A stretch of DNA of 64,000 nt. Origin: Alphaproteobacteria bacterium. GTDB lineage: Bacteria; Pseudomonadota; Alphaproteobacteria; GCA-2731375. A program made the position numbers and the translations under genes. Under the pieces are notes generated by a model. It saw nothing but the letters and a program-made list of their open reading frames with translations. It ran no database searches and was not told the origin of the DNA. Where the stretch lies: contig CBDDBZ010000039.1 in NCBI GenBank assembly GCA_965225945.1, forward strand, positions 320,001-384,000, written 5' to 3'. Numbering within the stretch: the stretch's first letter is position 1; every line of letters begins with the position of its first letter. Positions 31,024-41,730 of this stretch are shown here, piece by piece.

Positions 31024-31599
31024 CTACGCCGGTTCCACGCGTTCCAGGAAATCACGATAGTCGCGCGGCAGACCATGGGCGCGGGCCCCCTCGCGGAGCA
31101 GCGTGATGTAACGGAGCGACGGCTTGCCGTCCTCCTTCCTTCCCTTGGCGACATAGCTGATGGCGACGAATTTCGCGCCCAGATCATCCTCGACATCTAG
31201 CTGTGTCGGGCGGTAACGACCGCCCGGAACCCCTTCCGATGCGTTCAGCCGCACGAGTTCTCGCCGCGTGATGCGGTAAAGCACGCCCCAGACCTCTCCC
31301 CCCGGTTCCGGGCCAATGTTGGCCGGCGCCGCGCGACCCTTCGGCCGACCTTCGAGATTGAACCGCAGCCGATAGTTCTCGATCCGACCGACGCGCCATT
31401 CCTGGGGCCGCATTCGACGACGCCGCAGAAAGGCGTCGTCGTGCATGTTCGCGCCGTAAGCAAAGTACCAGACGGTGTCGTCGGGCTCGCCGTCGAGCCG
31501 CAGCCCCCACGCGCCGTACCACAAGCGCGCCAGGGGCCAGACGCGAATGATCACGGCGACCCAGCCTCGCCTCACCCACCTTCGCGTGCCCAGCCACAT
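31024..31599 (-). CDS. Gamma-glutamylcyclotransferase (AIG2-like) protein
   Basis: WYFAYGANM, VWGVLY, LNASEG, PSLRY...GAR.HGLP. Confidence 0.8.
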   Translation of the reverse strand: MWLGTRRWVRRGWVAVIIRVWPLARLWYGAWGLRLDGEPDDTVWYFAYGANMHDDAFLRRRRMRPQEWRVGRIENYRLRFNLEGRPKGRAAPANIGPEPGGEVWGVLYRITRRELVRLNASEGVPGGRYRPTQLDVEDDLGAKFVAISYVAKGRKEDGKPSLRYITLLREGARAHGLPRDYRDFLERVEPA

Positions 31600-32867
31600 C
31601 ACGATGCTTCGCTCGATGCCAGCTTGCGAATGAGCGCGAGCTGCAGGACCGCGGCCACGCCCGCGGCCGCGAAGACGGTCCAAAGCGAGAGGGTCTCGAC
31701 CAGGGCGGCGCCGAGGAGGGGGGCCAGCGCCGCCGGAGAGGCCAAGACGTTGAAATAGGCGGAATAGGCGGGGCGACGATCGTCCGGCGAGATTTCCATG
31801 AGGTAGCCCAGATAGCCGATCGTCGTGCCGTTGACCAGGGCGCCGATAGCCGCGAAGAGCACGGCGAACGTTGCCACCACCCAGACGCCGCCAGCATCGA
31901 GCACGCCGAGGAGAACCAGGACGCCGAGCGGTGGCGCGAGGCGAAGCACGCCCACCACCTCCAACAGGCGAAGCTTGCCGAAGCGGTCGCCGATGCGGCC
32001 CCACGCGGCGTTGGAGGCGAGCGATCCGGCGGTCTGGGCGCCGAGCAGTATGGCCACGTCCCCGACGCCCAGCCCCAGGCCCGTCGCCGCGATCACGTAA
32101 AACGGTAGCGCCATGAGGGCCGCGCCGCCGAGCCACTGCGTCATCAAAAAGCGACGGAAGCGGCGGTCCGAGCGCAGGACGAGCCAGCCGGCGGTCAGGA
32201 AGGCGTCGAAGCCGGCGGACGCCGGCCTCGACGCTGGCCTCGACGCCGGTTCGCCCGCCGAAACGAAGATCACGGAGGAAAACAGCATCAGTGCCGACGC
32301 GAGGGCGAAAATCAGGGTGTGCGCGGTGTAAAAGTCCTCGGCGCCGAGCAGATGATGCACGATTGCGGCGACGCCAAGCGCGAGCAAGCCACCGCCGAAG
32401 AAGCGGAGCGCCAGCATCCGGCTGCGCGACCCGGAAGGGACCTGGCGGGCGACGATATCGTTATAGGGAACCGCCACGATCCCGCTGACGAAGGCATAGA
32501 GGGTCCAGAGCATGAGGAACGCCACCCCGACCCAGGCTTGCGATCGCCCCGCCGCGAGCGCGAGCAGGACGGCGATGGCGGCGAGGCAGAGCGCCCGCCC
32601 GAAGGCCCCGACGATATAGAACGGCATGGCTCGATCGGCGCGCCCGGCCAGGAAACCGACCACGATCTGTGGCAGCAACCAGCCGAGCCGCAGAACGGTG
32701 CTCGCGGCCCCGACGGCGAAGACGTTGCCGGTGAGCTGGTAGACCAGGCTGGCGACGATGGTCGCCGAATCCACCGCCGAGGCGCCGGCCTGAAAGAGCG
32801 CGCCGGCGCCGGCGAGTTTCCAGAACGCGGTTTTGTCGGCTTTCCCGCTGTTCTCAGACGCGTTCAT
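31599..32867 (-). CDS. MFS transporter
   Basis: About 12 hydrophobic segments; WGRIGDRFG loop motif. Confidence 0.8.
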   Translation of the reverse strand: MNASENSGKADKTAFWKLAGAGALFQAGASAVDSATIVASLVYQLTGNVFAVGAASTVLRLGWLLPQIVVGFLAGRADRAMPFYIVGAFGRALCLAAIAVLLALAAGRSQAWVGVAFLMLWTLYAFVSGIVAVPYNDIVARQVPSGSRSRMLALRFFGGGLLALGVAAIVHHLLGAEDFYTAHTLIFALASALMLFSSVIFVSAGEPASRPASRPASAGFDAFLTAGWLVLRSDRRFRRFLMTQWLGGAALMALPFYVIAATGLGLGVGDVAILLGAQTAGSLASNAAWGRIGDRFGKLRLLEVVGVLRLAPPLGVLVLLGVLDAGGVWVVATFAVLFAAIGALVNGTTIGYLGYLMEISPDDRRPAYSAYFNVLASPAALAPLLGAALVETLSLWTVFAAAGVAAVLQLALIRKLASSEAS

Positions 32868-33881
32868 CCCTTTGCCCACCGATGTCGCCGAGAGAGCCGA
32901 TCTCCACGCCACTTCGCCAAAACACGATTCCGCCGATCCCCACCATCAAAAGGAGGCTCACGACATTGTTGAACATGATCATCGCCAAGGCTTGCTCGTC
33001 CGCGACGCCGATCAGCTTCAGCGCATAAGCCGAGCCGATCACGAACCCGCCCGGGACCCGAATAAAGCGTGCGAGAACAAGGGCGAAGCCGGCGAACACG
33101 AGAAGAAACAAATAGTCGAAGAGCTCCAGCCTCACGCCGAGGGCGAGGCCGGCCCACAGAAAGTGGCTCGCCGCGACGGCCTTCATCGCGAAGCTGGCGG
33201 CGACGATACCGATCTGGCGCGCGCGCGGGGCCAGGTGATCCCCTCGGCGATGGCGGCTCTGAGCTCGGCGAAGCGGGCGCCCCCCATCTTGGCAACCCCC
33301 TCGATCACGCGCGCGGTCCGCGAATCAGGCCGCGACAAGGCTTCGCGAGCCCTGAACAGAAGCCATAGCAGGCCGGCAAATAGCGCCAGGTTCAGCCCGC
33401 CCGCGACGCCGAGGCCAAGACGCAAATCGGCTTCGGAGCTTGGAATCCGCCCCACGATCGCGACGATGGCGACGATGAGCGCGAAAACGATTCCGTCGAT
33501 AAAGCGCTCGATCGCCGCCGTGACGAGGACAGAGGCCAGCCGCAACCCCTCCAAGCGGGCGATCAGCCAGGAGCGCACGAGCGGGCTGATACCGAGGGGG
33601 ATGAGCGCGCCCACGCCATAGCCCGCGAGAATGGCGCCGAACAGGCGCCGGGTGGAGATTGGCTTCACATCATGGAGGATCTGGCGCCACTTCCAGCCCC
33701 GGAGCCATTGCTCGGCGAGTATGGTCGCGCCGAGGACGAGGATCCATACCGGCCTGGCCATCGCCAGTTCGGCGAGGAAGCGGGCGAAATCCAGATCCTG
33801 ATAGAGCCAGAAGAGCACGCCGATCGCCACGCCCACGCCAAATAGCGGGATGACCCATTGCATGAGGAGACGGCGAGCCAT
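32854..33881 (-). pseudogene. Lysylphosphatidylglycerol synthase TM-domain (UPF0104 flippase-like) protein, frameshifted
   Basis: LRGWKWRQIL, IERFIDG; frame changes in a (GC)n run at about 33217-33227. Confidence 0.7.
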
Positions 33882-34050
33882 GGCCGCCAGTCTAGCTTGC
33901 CTGCCAGCGGGGGGAGTCAAGCCCGAGAACGCCGCGACCCGAACAATTTCGCTCCCGGATCATTTCGCCTCTGGAATCGAGAGGCGGCGCGCGCCATTGA
34001 TGCGTTGAATGACGGCGAGACGGCATTGATTGCAAGCAAGTGACGCCGTC

Positions 34051-34081
34051 TCGACCTTACAGTTACTGGAGGCCCTATATT
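34051..34081 (+). promoter_or_regulatory. CueR-type (MerR family) promoter/operator
   Basis: TCGACC-19 bp-TATATT with ACCTTAC-N7-GGAGGCC resembling ACCTTCC-N7-GGAAGGT; upstream of copA. Confidence 0.75.
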
Positions 34082-34124
34082 CCATGCTGAACCGCGCGTT
34101 GATGGCGCCGAAGCGGGAGCGACG

Positions 34125-36581
34125 ATGATGTCCGAGTCGGACGCGGCGAACCAAACGATCCAGACCGACCCCGTATGCGGAATGACGGTGGATCCAGGCT
34201 CCGCCAGCCATCGCCTCGAGCACGATGGGTTAGAGTACCTCTTCTGTTCGGCGCGCTGTCGGGAGAAGTTCGCCGAGGCGCCGTCGCGCTACCTCGACGC
34301 GAGTGGCGCGGACGCCAAGGGCCAGCACCATTCCCCGACGGATTCCGAGCTCGCGGCGCCGCCGACGGGCTACATTTGCCCCATGTGCCCCGGCGTCGGG
34401 AGCAAGACGCCCGCCGCCTGTCCCAAGTGCGGCATGGCCTTGGAGCCGGCCCTGGTCATGGGGGCGAGTGTTACGCAATTCACCTGTCCGATGCATCCCG
34501 AGATCGTCAGGGACGAGGCCGGCGAGTGCCCGATTTGTGGCATGGCGCTGGAGCCGATCACCGTGGCGGTGCAGGAAATTGCGAATCCCGAGCTGATCGA
34601 CATGACGCGCCGCTTCTGGTCGAGCGGGGCGCTGGTGATACCGCTCCTCGTCCTCACGATGGGGGAATTCGTCCCCGGCCTGGCCACGCTGATCGAGGGG
34701 GCGTGGAATCCCTGGGCCCAGCTCGCGCTGGCGAGCCCGGTGGTGCTCTGGGCCGGCTGGCCGTTTTTCCAGCGCGGCTGGAGGTCGCTGCTCACCGGCC
34801 ATCTCAACATGTTCACGCTGATCGCCATCGGCACCGGCGCGGCCTATGGCTACAGCCTGATCGCCGTCCTGGCGCCCGGTATTTTCCCCGATGGCTTTCG
34901 CGGCGCCCGCGGCGAGGTCGGGCTCTATTTCGAGGCCGCCGCCGTGATCACGTTGCTCGTGCTCCTGGGTCAGGTCCTGGAGCTCGGCGCGCGCGAGCGC
35001 ACCAGTGGCGCGCTCCGGGCGCTGCTGGATCTCGCGCCGAAGGTGGCGCGCCGCCTCAACGAGGAAGGCGAAGACGAGGAAGTGCCGCTGGAGCGCATCG
35101 TGGCGGGTGACCGGCTGAGGGTCCGGCCCGGCGAGGCTATTCCCGTCGATGGCGTCGTGCTCGAAGGCCACGGCTCGATCGACGAGTCGATGGTCACCGG
35201 GGAGGCCATTCCGGTCGAAAAATCGGCGGGGAACGGGCTGATCGGCGGCACCATCAACGGCACCGGCGGCCTGATCATGCGGGCGGAGAAGGTCGGCGGC
35301 GATACCATGCTGGCGCGGATCGTGCAGATGGTCGCCGAGGCGCAGCGGAGCCGGGCCCCGATCCAACGCCTGGCCGACCAGGTCGCCGGCTACTTCGTCC
35401 CGGCGGTCCTGGGCGTCGCCCTGGTGGCGTTCGTCGCCTGGGCGTTTTTCGGGCCCCCCCCGGCGCTCGCCTACGGGCTGCTCGCCGCCGTCTCGGTTCT
35501 GATCATCGCTTGCCCCTGTGCGCTCGGCTTGGCGACGCCGATGTCGATCATGGTCGGAATCGGTCGAGGCGCTCAAGCCGGTGTCTTGATCAAGAATGCC
35601 GAGGCCCTGGAGCGCTTCGAGAAGGTCGATACCCTCGTGGTCGACAAGACCGGGACCTTGACCGAGGGGCGGCCCAGGCTCCACGCGGTGGTCTCGACGG
35701 GGCCGCTGGAAGACAACGAGCTGCTCGCGCTCGCCGCGAGCCTGGAGCGGGCGAGCGAACATCCCCTCGCCGAGGCGATCGTCGCCGGCGCGAGAGAGCG
35801 GAAGCTCGATCTGGCCGAACCGAGCGGGTTCGAATCGGTGACCGGCAAGGGCGTCACCGCAAATGTCCTCGGGCGAAGCGTCACGCTCGGGAACAACAGC
35901 CTCATGGTGGACCGGGGAATCGACACCGCCGTTCTCGATGACCCCGCCGAGGCGCTTCGTCGCGACGGCGCGACGGCCATGCTGGTGGCCCTCGACGGCG
36001 TCGCCGCCGGGCTGATCGCGGTCGCCGACCCGATCAAGGAAACCACGCCGGGGGCGCTCGAGGCGCTGCGGGCCGAGGGGGTCCGTGTGGTGATGGTGAC
36101 CGGCGACAACCGAACCACGGCCGAGGCGGTGGCGCGGCGGTTGGGAATCGCGGAGCTGGAAGCCGAGGTTCTACCAAACGGCAAGAATGAAATCGTGCGC
36201 CGCTTGCGCCGAGAGGGACGCGTGGTCGCGATGGCCGGCGACGGCATCAATGACGCACCGGCGCTCGCCCAGGCCGATATCGGGATCGCCATGGGTGGCG
36301 GCACCGACGTCGCGATCGAGAGCGCCGGCGTCACCCTGCTGAGAGGCGATCTGAACGGGATCGTCCGGGCCCGACGCTTGAGCCGCGCGACGATGCGCAA
36401 CATTCGCCAAAACCTGTTCTTCGCCTTCCTCTATAACGCCCTCGGCGTGCCGCTCGCGGCCGGAGTCTTCTATGCCGCCTTTGGATTGCTGCTGAACCCC
36501 ATGTTCGCCGCCGCCGCGATGAGCCTGAGTTCCGTCTCGGTCGTCGCCAACGCTCTGCGCTTGCGACAGGCGAGGATTTGA
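34125..36581 (+). CDS. copA: Cu(I)-translocating P1B ATPase with YHS and CPMH metal-binding domains
   Basis: [41 protein letters not shown]...MSLSS. Confidence 0.93.
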   Translation: MMSESDAANQTIQTDPVCGMTVDPGSASHRLEHDGLEYLFCSARCREKFAEAPSRYLDASGADAKGQHHSPTDSELAAPPTGYICPMCPGVGSKTPAACPKCGMALEPALVMGASVTQFTCPMHPEIVRDEAGECPICGMALEPITVAVQEIANPELIDMTRRFWSSGALVIPLLVLTMGEFVPGLATLIEGAWNPWAQLALASPVVLWAGWPFFQRGWRSLLTGHLNMFTLIAIGTGAAYGYSLIAVLAPGIFPDGFRGARGEVGLYFEAAAVITLLVLLGQVLELGARERTSGALRALLDLAPKVARRLNEEGEDEEVPLERIVAGDRLRVRPGEAIPVDGVVLEGHGSIDESMVTGEAIPVEKSAGNGLIGGTINGTGGLIMRAEKVGGDTMLARIVQMVAEAQRSRAPIQRLADQVAGYFVPAVLGVALVAFVAWAFFGPPPALAYGLLAAVSVLIIACPCALGLATPMSIMVGIGRGAQAGVLIKNAEALERFEKVDTLVVDKTGTLTEGRPRLHAVVSTGPLEDNELLALAASLERASEHPLAEAIVAGARERKLDLAEPSGFESVTGKGVTANVLGRSVTLGNNSLMVDRGIDTAVLDDPAEALRRDGATAMLVALDGVAAGLIAVADPIKETTPGALEALRAEGVRVVMVTGDNRTTAEAVARRLGIAELEAEVLPNGKNEIVRRLRREGRVVAMAGDGINDAPALAQADIGIAMGGGTDVAIESAGVTLLRGDLNGIVRARRLSRATMRNIRQNLFFAFLYNALGVPLAAGVFYAAFGLLLNPMFAAAAMSLSSVSVVANALRLRQARI

Positions 36582-36594
36582 CCCGAGCAAACAG

Positions 36595-36993
36595 ATGAAC
36601 ATAAGCCGAGCCGCGAGGCACTGCGGTCTACCGGTCAAGACGATCCGGTATTACGAGGATATCGATCTCATCCGCCCTGGAAGAGCGCTGAATGGCTATC
36701 GCGATTTCAACGAGCGGGATATCCATAAGCTGCGGTTCCTCAAGCGAGCGAGAGGCCTCGGCTTCAAAATAGACGATTGTCGAAGGCTTTTGTCCCTATA
36801 CGAGGACAAAGGCCGCGCCTCGAGCGAGGTCAAGAGCCTCGCGTCGGCGCATCTGGGACGCATCGAGGAAAAGCTCCGGGAGTTGCGAGAACTGCGAGAC
36901 GTCCTCGGTATTCTCATCGAGTCCTGTCATGGAGATCAAAGGGCGGATTGTCCGATATTGGGTGATCTGTCCGGAGCCGCGACCTGGACGTGA
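36595..36993 (+). CDS. cueR: Cu(I)-responsive regulator CueR
   Basis: TIRYYEDI, NGYRDF, C-terminal CHGDQRADCPIL. Confidence 0.93.
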   Translation: MNISRAARHCGLPVKTIRYYEDIDLIRPGRALNGYRDFNERDIHKLRFLKRARGLGFKIDDCRRLLSLYEDKGRASSEVKSLASAHLGRIEEKLRELRELRDVLGILIESCHGDQRADCPILGDLSGAATWT

Positions 36994-37042
36994 AGACCAA
37001 CCGAGGGAAGGCCCGGCGCGCCATGGGTCGGATGAGGCGGGC

Positions 37043-38119
37043 CTAGCCCCGTGCCCGCTCCTCGCTCCAGGCGATGGGGATCGCCGGCGCCGCCTCGGCG
37101 GGAAGCGGGATCACCACCTCCTCGGCGAGCGTCAACCATGAAGCCACGATGTCCTTGTCGCGCGGGCGCCGCCGCCGGGGCAGCGCCGCGGCCGCCCGGG
37201 CCAGCTCGGCCCGCAGGATCAGCACCGCGTCCGGGCCGTCGGGCGCGTTCACCAGATAATCGCCGAGCGTCGCGCCCGCCGGGATCGAGGCCTCGAAGCG
37301 CTGGCGGGCACGGCCCGAGAGGCGGATCAGCAGATACTGCACCACCACGTCCCCGGGCGTCAGCACGGTCAGCCGGTTGTCCTCCTGAGAGGCGACGAAT
37401 ACGGCGAAATCGAGCTCGCTCGCCGCCAGCAGTTGCGCCGCCATCGCGCCGGCGCTCTTGCGGCCCGAGGCGTTGGCGGAGAAGCCGTGATATTCGTAGA
37501 ACTTGGTCTCCAGCGCCTCGACATAGTCCTCGCCCCGCTCGAACAGGCGGCGCTCGATATAGCCGAGGCTCCGGCCGAGGTCCTTGATCGCGTTGTCGGT
37601 CAGCCGCTCCACCTTGACGTGGAAGTGGGTGAGCTCGAAAATCTCGTCGCCGTCGCCGTCGCCGTCCGCCACCCGCTCCACCATCAGCGCATAGTCGAGC
37701 GGCAGCAGCTTGCGCACCAGGTCCTCCAGGGCGGGGGAATCGAAGCGGCCGTCGGCCGACTTGTACTCGCTCAGGTCCAGTACCGGCGCGAAACGTTGCA
37801 GGTTGCGCCAGCTCACCCGATTCGAGGCGCGAAGCCGGAAATGCTTGTTGAGTCCGCCCGGCAGGCGGCCGTCGACAGCGAACAGCAGCGCGGTATTCTG
37901 ATAGGCTCGCTCCAACCCGCCCGAGAGATGTTCCGGCAGCAGCGCGTTTTGATCGGCGAAGCCATAGGGCTGGCCGGCCCGCCGGCAGCGGCGATAGCTC
38001 TGGATCAGGGTGTGGTCGATCAGCAACCGGGCGAGCTGCGCGCGCGCGGCGCCGAAATTTGGCGACGGCGGCGCCGAGATCGCCTCGGTAAGGGGAATGA
38101 CCTGACCCGTTTCAGCCAT
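37043..38119 (-). CDS. Hypothetical protein (358 aa)
   Basis: Long ORF with protein-like composition, divergent from maf; family not recognised. Confidence 0.7.
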   Translation of the reverse strand: MAETGQVIPLTEAISAPPSPNFGAARAQLARLLIDHTLIQSYRRCRRAGQPYGFADQNALLPEHLSGGLERAYQNTALLFAVDGRLPGGLNKHFRLRASNRVSWRNLQRFAPVLDLSEYKSADGRFDSPALEDLVRKLLPLDYALMVERVADGDGDGDEIFELTHFHVKVERLTDNAIKDLGRSLGYIERRLFERGEDYVEALETKFYEYHGFSANASGRKSAGAMAAQLLAASELDFAVFVASQEDNRLTVLTPGDVVVQYLLIRLSGRARQRFEASIPAGATLGDYLVNAPDGPDAVLILRAELARAAAALPRRRRPRDKDIVASWLTLAEEVVIPLPAEAAPAIPIAWSEERARG

Positions 38120-38201
38120 GATAAGGTTTCGAGCAATTTCCGCGTCAGCTGACCAAGCAACGGAAATATAAGCAGTTTTTCGGGTCGAATTCAAGGATGC
38201 C

Positions 38202-38828
38202 ATGACCATGGAGTCGCCGTCGGACCCCGCGCCCCCGAACTTGGTGCTGGCCTCTGAGAGCCCGACCCGCCGCGCCATGCTGTCGCGGGCCGGGCTCGAC
38301 TTCACGGTCGCGCCGGCGCGGCTCGACGAAGACGCCCTCAAGGCCTCGCTCGCCGCCGATGGTGCGCGCCCCCGCGATGTCGCCGAGCTGCTCGCGCGGA
38401 GCAAAGCCGAGCGGGTCTCGGCCCGCATCCCCGGCGCCCTGGTCGTCGGCGCCGATCAGATCCTGCTGCTCGATGAGCGGATCTTCGACAAGCCCGCCGA
38501 TCTGGCGGCGGCGCGGGCGAGGCTGCGGGCGCTTTCCGGCCGGCCTCATGGCCTGATCAGCGCCGTCGCGGTGGCCCGGGACGGCCACCTCCTCTGGCAC
38601 CACCGCGAGTGCGCCGAGCTGGTGATGCGGGACTTGAGCGAGGCCTTCATCGATCGCTATCTCGGCGAGATCGGCGAGGTGGCGTTCGAGACCGTCGGCG
38701 CCTATGCCTTGGAGGGCCTGGGGGCGCAGCTCTTCATCCGGGTCAGCGGCGACCACTTCACCATCCTGGGGCTGCCGCTCTTGGCGCTGCTCGCCTTCCT
38801 TCGCGAACAGGGAGTGTTGATGAGATGA
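38202..38828 (+). CDS. maf: Maf-family nucleotide pyrophosphatase
   Basis: LVLASESPTR, GADQ, DKP, GAYALEG, ILGLP. Confidence 0.9.
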   Translation: MTMESPSDPAPPNLVLASESPTRRAMLSRAGLDFTVAPARLDEDALKASLAADGARPRDVAELLARSKAERVSARIPGALVVGADQILLLDERIFDKPADLAAARARLRALSGRPHGLISAVAVARDGHLLWHHRECAELVMRDLSEAFIDRYLGEIGEVAFETVGAYALEGLGAQLFIRVSGDHFTILGLPLLALLAFLREQGVLMR

Positions 38829-39676
38829 GGCTCACGGGCAAGACGCGGGTCGCGGGCGTGATGGGGTGGCCGATCGGGCATTCGCGCTCGCCCCGCCTGC
38901 ACAATTTCTGGCTGCGGGAATACGGCATCGACGGGATTTATGTGCCGCTCGCGGTCCATCCCGACGGACTCGATGCGGCGCTCCGGGGGCTGGCGGCGCT
39001 CGGGCTCGGGGGCTGCAACGTCACGCTTCCCCACAAGCAGGCGACGCTTCGCATCGTCGATGAGGTGGAGGCGCTGGCGCGCCGCATCGGCGCGGTGAAT
39101 ACCGTCGTCGTGCGTGCGGACGGCTCGCTCCACGGCTCCAACAGCGATGCCTTCGGCTTTCTGGCGGCAATAGCCGAGCGCGCGCCCGCATGGTCGCCCG
39201 GGGCCGGAGCGGCGGTGGTGCTGGGCGCCGGGGGGGCGGCGCGGGCCATCGTCGCGGCGCTGCTCGACGCCGAGGCGCCGGAAGTGCGCCTGGTCAATCG
39301 CACCCGCGCCCGCGCCGAGGCGCTGGCCGGCGACATGGCCGATTCCCGCCTCCGGGTCGAGGACTGGTCGGCCCGCGCCGAGCTGCTGGCCGGCGCCCGC
39401 CTGCTGGTCAACACCACCTCCCTCGGCATGGCCGGGCAACCGCCGCTGGAGCTCGCGCTCGATGCGCTTCCCGCCGACGCCGTGGTCGACGACATCATCT
39501 ACACACCCCTGGAGACCGCTCTGCTGGCGGCGGCGCGGGCCCGGGGCAATATCGCGGTCGACGGCCTGGCGATGCTGCTGCACCAGGCCCGCCCGGGCTT
39601 CGAGGCCTGGTTCGGCGTGCGCCCGGAGGTGAGCGAGGCCCAGCGCGCCGACCTCCTGGCCGACATCGAGGGCTGA
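38825..39676 (+). CDS. aroE: Shikimate dehydrogenase
   Basis: HSRSP, NVTLPHK, GAVNT, GAGGAARA, NRT, MLLHQA. Confidence 0.94.
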   Translation: MRLTGKTRVAGVMGWPIGHSRSPRLHNFWLREYGIDGIYVPLAVHPDGLDAALRGLAALGLGGCNVTLPHKQATLRIVDEVEALARRIGAVNTVVVRADGSLHGSNSDAFGFLAAIAERAPAWSPGAGAAVVLGAGGAARAIVAALLDAEAPEVRLVNRTRARAEALAGDMADSRLRVEDWSARAELLAGARLLVNTTSLGMAGQPPLELALDALPADAVVDDIIYTPLETALLAAARARGNIAVDGLAMLLHQARPGFEAWFGVRPEVSEAQRADLLADIEG

Positions 39677-39682
39677 GCGCCG

Positions 39683-40363
39683 GTGTTCGTGCTGGGCCTC
39701 ACCGGCTCTCTCGCCATGGGCAAATCGGAGACGGCGCGGATGTTCCGCCGGCTGGGGGTGTCGGTCTACGACGCCGACGCTGCGGTGCATCGGCTGATGG
39801 CGCGGGGCGGGGCCGCCGTCGCGCCGGTGGGTGCTGCCTTTCCCGGCGTCGTGGTCGACGGCGCCGTCGACCGGCCGGCGCTCGGCCGCCGGGTGTTCGG
39901 CGACAAGGCGGCGCTCCGGCGCTTGGAGCGAATCGTCCATCCTCTGGTCGGCCGGGCCCAGCGCCGCTTTCTGGCCCGCCACGCGCGGCGCCGGGCACCG
40001 CTGGTCGTGCTCGACGTGCCGCTGCTGTTCGAAACCCGGGGCGAGGCGCGCACCGACGCGATCGCCGTCGCCACCGCCCCCTACCGCGTACAGCGCCAGC
40101 GGGTCCTGGCGCGGCGCGGCATGGACGAGGGCAAGTTCCACGACATCCTCGACCAGCAGATGCCCGACCGGCTGAAGCGTCTGCGCGCCGATTTCGTGCT
40201 GGAGACCGGGCTCGGCCGGGCCTGGACCTTGCGCCGGGTGAGGCGAATCGCAAGAATGCTGCGGCTGAGACCCGGTCACCGCTGGCCGCCCCGCGCGCGG
40301 CCCCGGCCCCGGTCGGCCCGGCATCCCTCAAAACGGGCGGCATATGCGCGAAATCGTGCTTGA
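39683..40363 (+). CDS. coaE: Dephospho-CoA kinase
   Basis: GLTGSLAMGKS, YDAD, IVHPLV, DVPLLFE. Confidence 0.93.
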   Translation: MFVLGLTGSLAMGKSETARMFRRLGVSVYDADAAVHRLMARGGAAVAPVGAAFPGVVVDGAVDRPALGRRVFGDKAALRRLERIVHPLVGRAQRRFLARHARRRAPLVVLDVPLLFETRGEARTDAIAVATAPYRVQRQRVLARRGMDEGKFHDILDQQMPDRLKRLRADFVLETGLGRAWTLRRVRRIARMLRLRPGHRWPPRARPRPRSARHPSKRAAYARNRA

Positions 40364-41021
40364 TACCGAGACCACCGGCCTCGATCCCGCCGTCGGCCAC
40401 CGGGTCGTCGAGATCGGCTGTGTCGAGCTATTGAACCACCTGCCGACCGGCCGGGTCTACCAGACCTATATCGACCCCGAGCGCGAGATGCCGGAGGAGG
40501 CCTTCGAGATCCACGGCCTCTCCGATGCCTTCCTCGCCGATATGGCGCCGTTCCGCGATGTCGTCGAGGCCTTCCTCGAGTTCCTCGCCGACAGCAAACT
40601 GGTGATCCACAGCGCGAGTTTCGACCTCAAGTTCCTCAACGCGGAGTTGGCGGCGCTCGACCGCCCGGCGCTTCCCGCCGAGCGGGCGCTCGACACGGTG
40701 GCGCTCGCACGGCGCAAGTTCCCGGGTGCGCCGGCCAATCTCGACGCGCTGTGCAAGCGTTTCGGCATCGACGCCTCGGCGCGGGACAAGCATGGCGCCC
40801 TGCTGGACGCGGAGCTCCTGGCGGAGGTCTATCTCGAGCTGATCGGCGGCCGTCAGGCGGGCCTCGCGCTGGCCGGCGCCGGGCAGGTCGGGGTCGCCGC
40901 CGAGCGGGCCACGCGGAGCGTGCGTCCAGCCCGCGCCCATCGCCCCACGGCCGAGGAGCTGGCGGCGCACGAGCGCTTCCTCGCCGTGGAAGTCGACGAT
41001 CCGATCTGGCATCGCGAATAA
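40344..41021 (+). CDS. dnaQ: DNA polymerase III epsilon subunit
   Basis: LDTETTG, LVIHSASFD, HGALLDAELLAEVY. Confidence 0.95.
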   Translation: MREIVLDTETTGLDPAVGHRVVEIGCVELLNHLPTGRVYQTYIDPEREMPEEAFEIHGLSDAFLADMAPFRDVVEAFLEFLADSKLVIHSASFDLKFLNAELAALDRPALPAERALDTVALARRKFPGAPANLDALCKRFGIDASARDKHGALLDAELLAEVYLELIGGRQAGLALAGAGQVGVAAERATRSVRPARAHRPTAEELAAHERFLAVEVDDPIWHRE

Positions 41022-41063
41022 GGGCCGCCGGCGCGCGACCGGCGACAGCGGAGGAGCAAATCG

Positions 41064-41711
41064 ATGAGCATCGGCGACATGGCGAGGGACGAGACGACGA
41101 ACCACGAAGTGACGACGATTCGGGCGCTGGAGGCGATCTATGGCGATCCGTCACCCGTCTCGCTGGTGAAGGAGATCGACTATATTTCCGAGCATTATCG
41201 CGCCTTCATCGAGGCGGCGCCCTTCGCCGTCGTCGCCACCGTGGGACCGGAGGGCCTGGACTGCTCGCCCCGGGGCGATCCGCCCGGCTTCGTCCGCGTG
41301 GTCGATTCCAAGACCGTGATGCTGCCCGATCGGCGCGGCAACAACCGGATCGACAGCCTGCGCAACATCGTGCGCGATCCCCGGGTCTCGCTGCTGTTCC
41401 TCATCCCCGGCGTGAACGAGACGATGCGCATCAACGGCCGCGCGGTGATCTCCACCGACCCCGGCCTGCTGGCGGACTTCGAGATGGCGGGCAAGTTGCC
41501 GCGCGTCGTCGTCGTCGTCGCGGTCGAGCGGATCTACTATCAATGCCCGAAGGCGCTGGTCCGTTCGCGCCTGTGGAGCCAGGAGGCGCAAATCCCCCGC
41601 TCCGATCTGCCGAGCAACGGCACCATGCAGAAGGCGTTCAACGGCAAGGAGTTCGACGCCGAGGCTTACGACACCGCCTACCCCGGGCACTTGGCCAAGA
41701 CGATTTACTGA
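41064..41711 (+). CDS. Pyridoxamine 5'-phosphate oxidase-like FMN-binding protein
   Basis: DCSPRGDPPGF, PDRRGNNRIDS, YYQCPKALVRS. Confidence 0.85.
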   Translation: MSIGDMARDETTNHEVTTIRALEAIYGDPSPVSLVKEIDYISEHYRAFIEAAPFAVVATVGPEGLDCSPRGDPPGFVRVVDSKTVMLPDRRGNNRIDSLRNIVRDPRVSLLFLIPGVNETMRINGRAVISTDPGLLADFEMAGKLPRVVVVVAVERIYYQCPKALVRSRLWSQEAQIPRSDLPSNGTMQKAFNGKEFDAEAYDTAYPGHLAKTIY

Positions 41712-41730
41712 GCGCCGCGGCGCACCCAAA

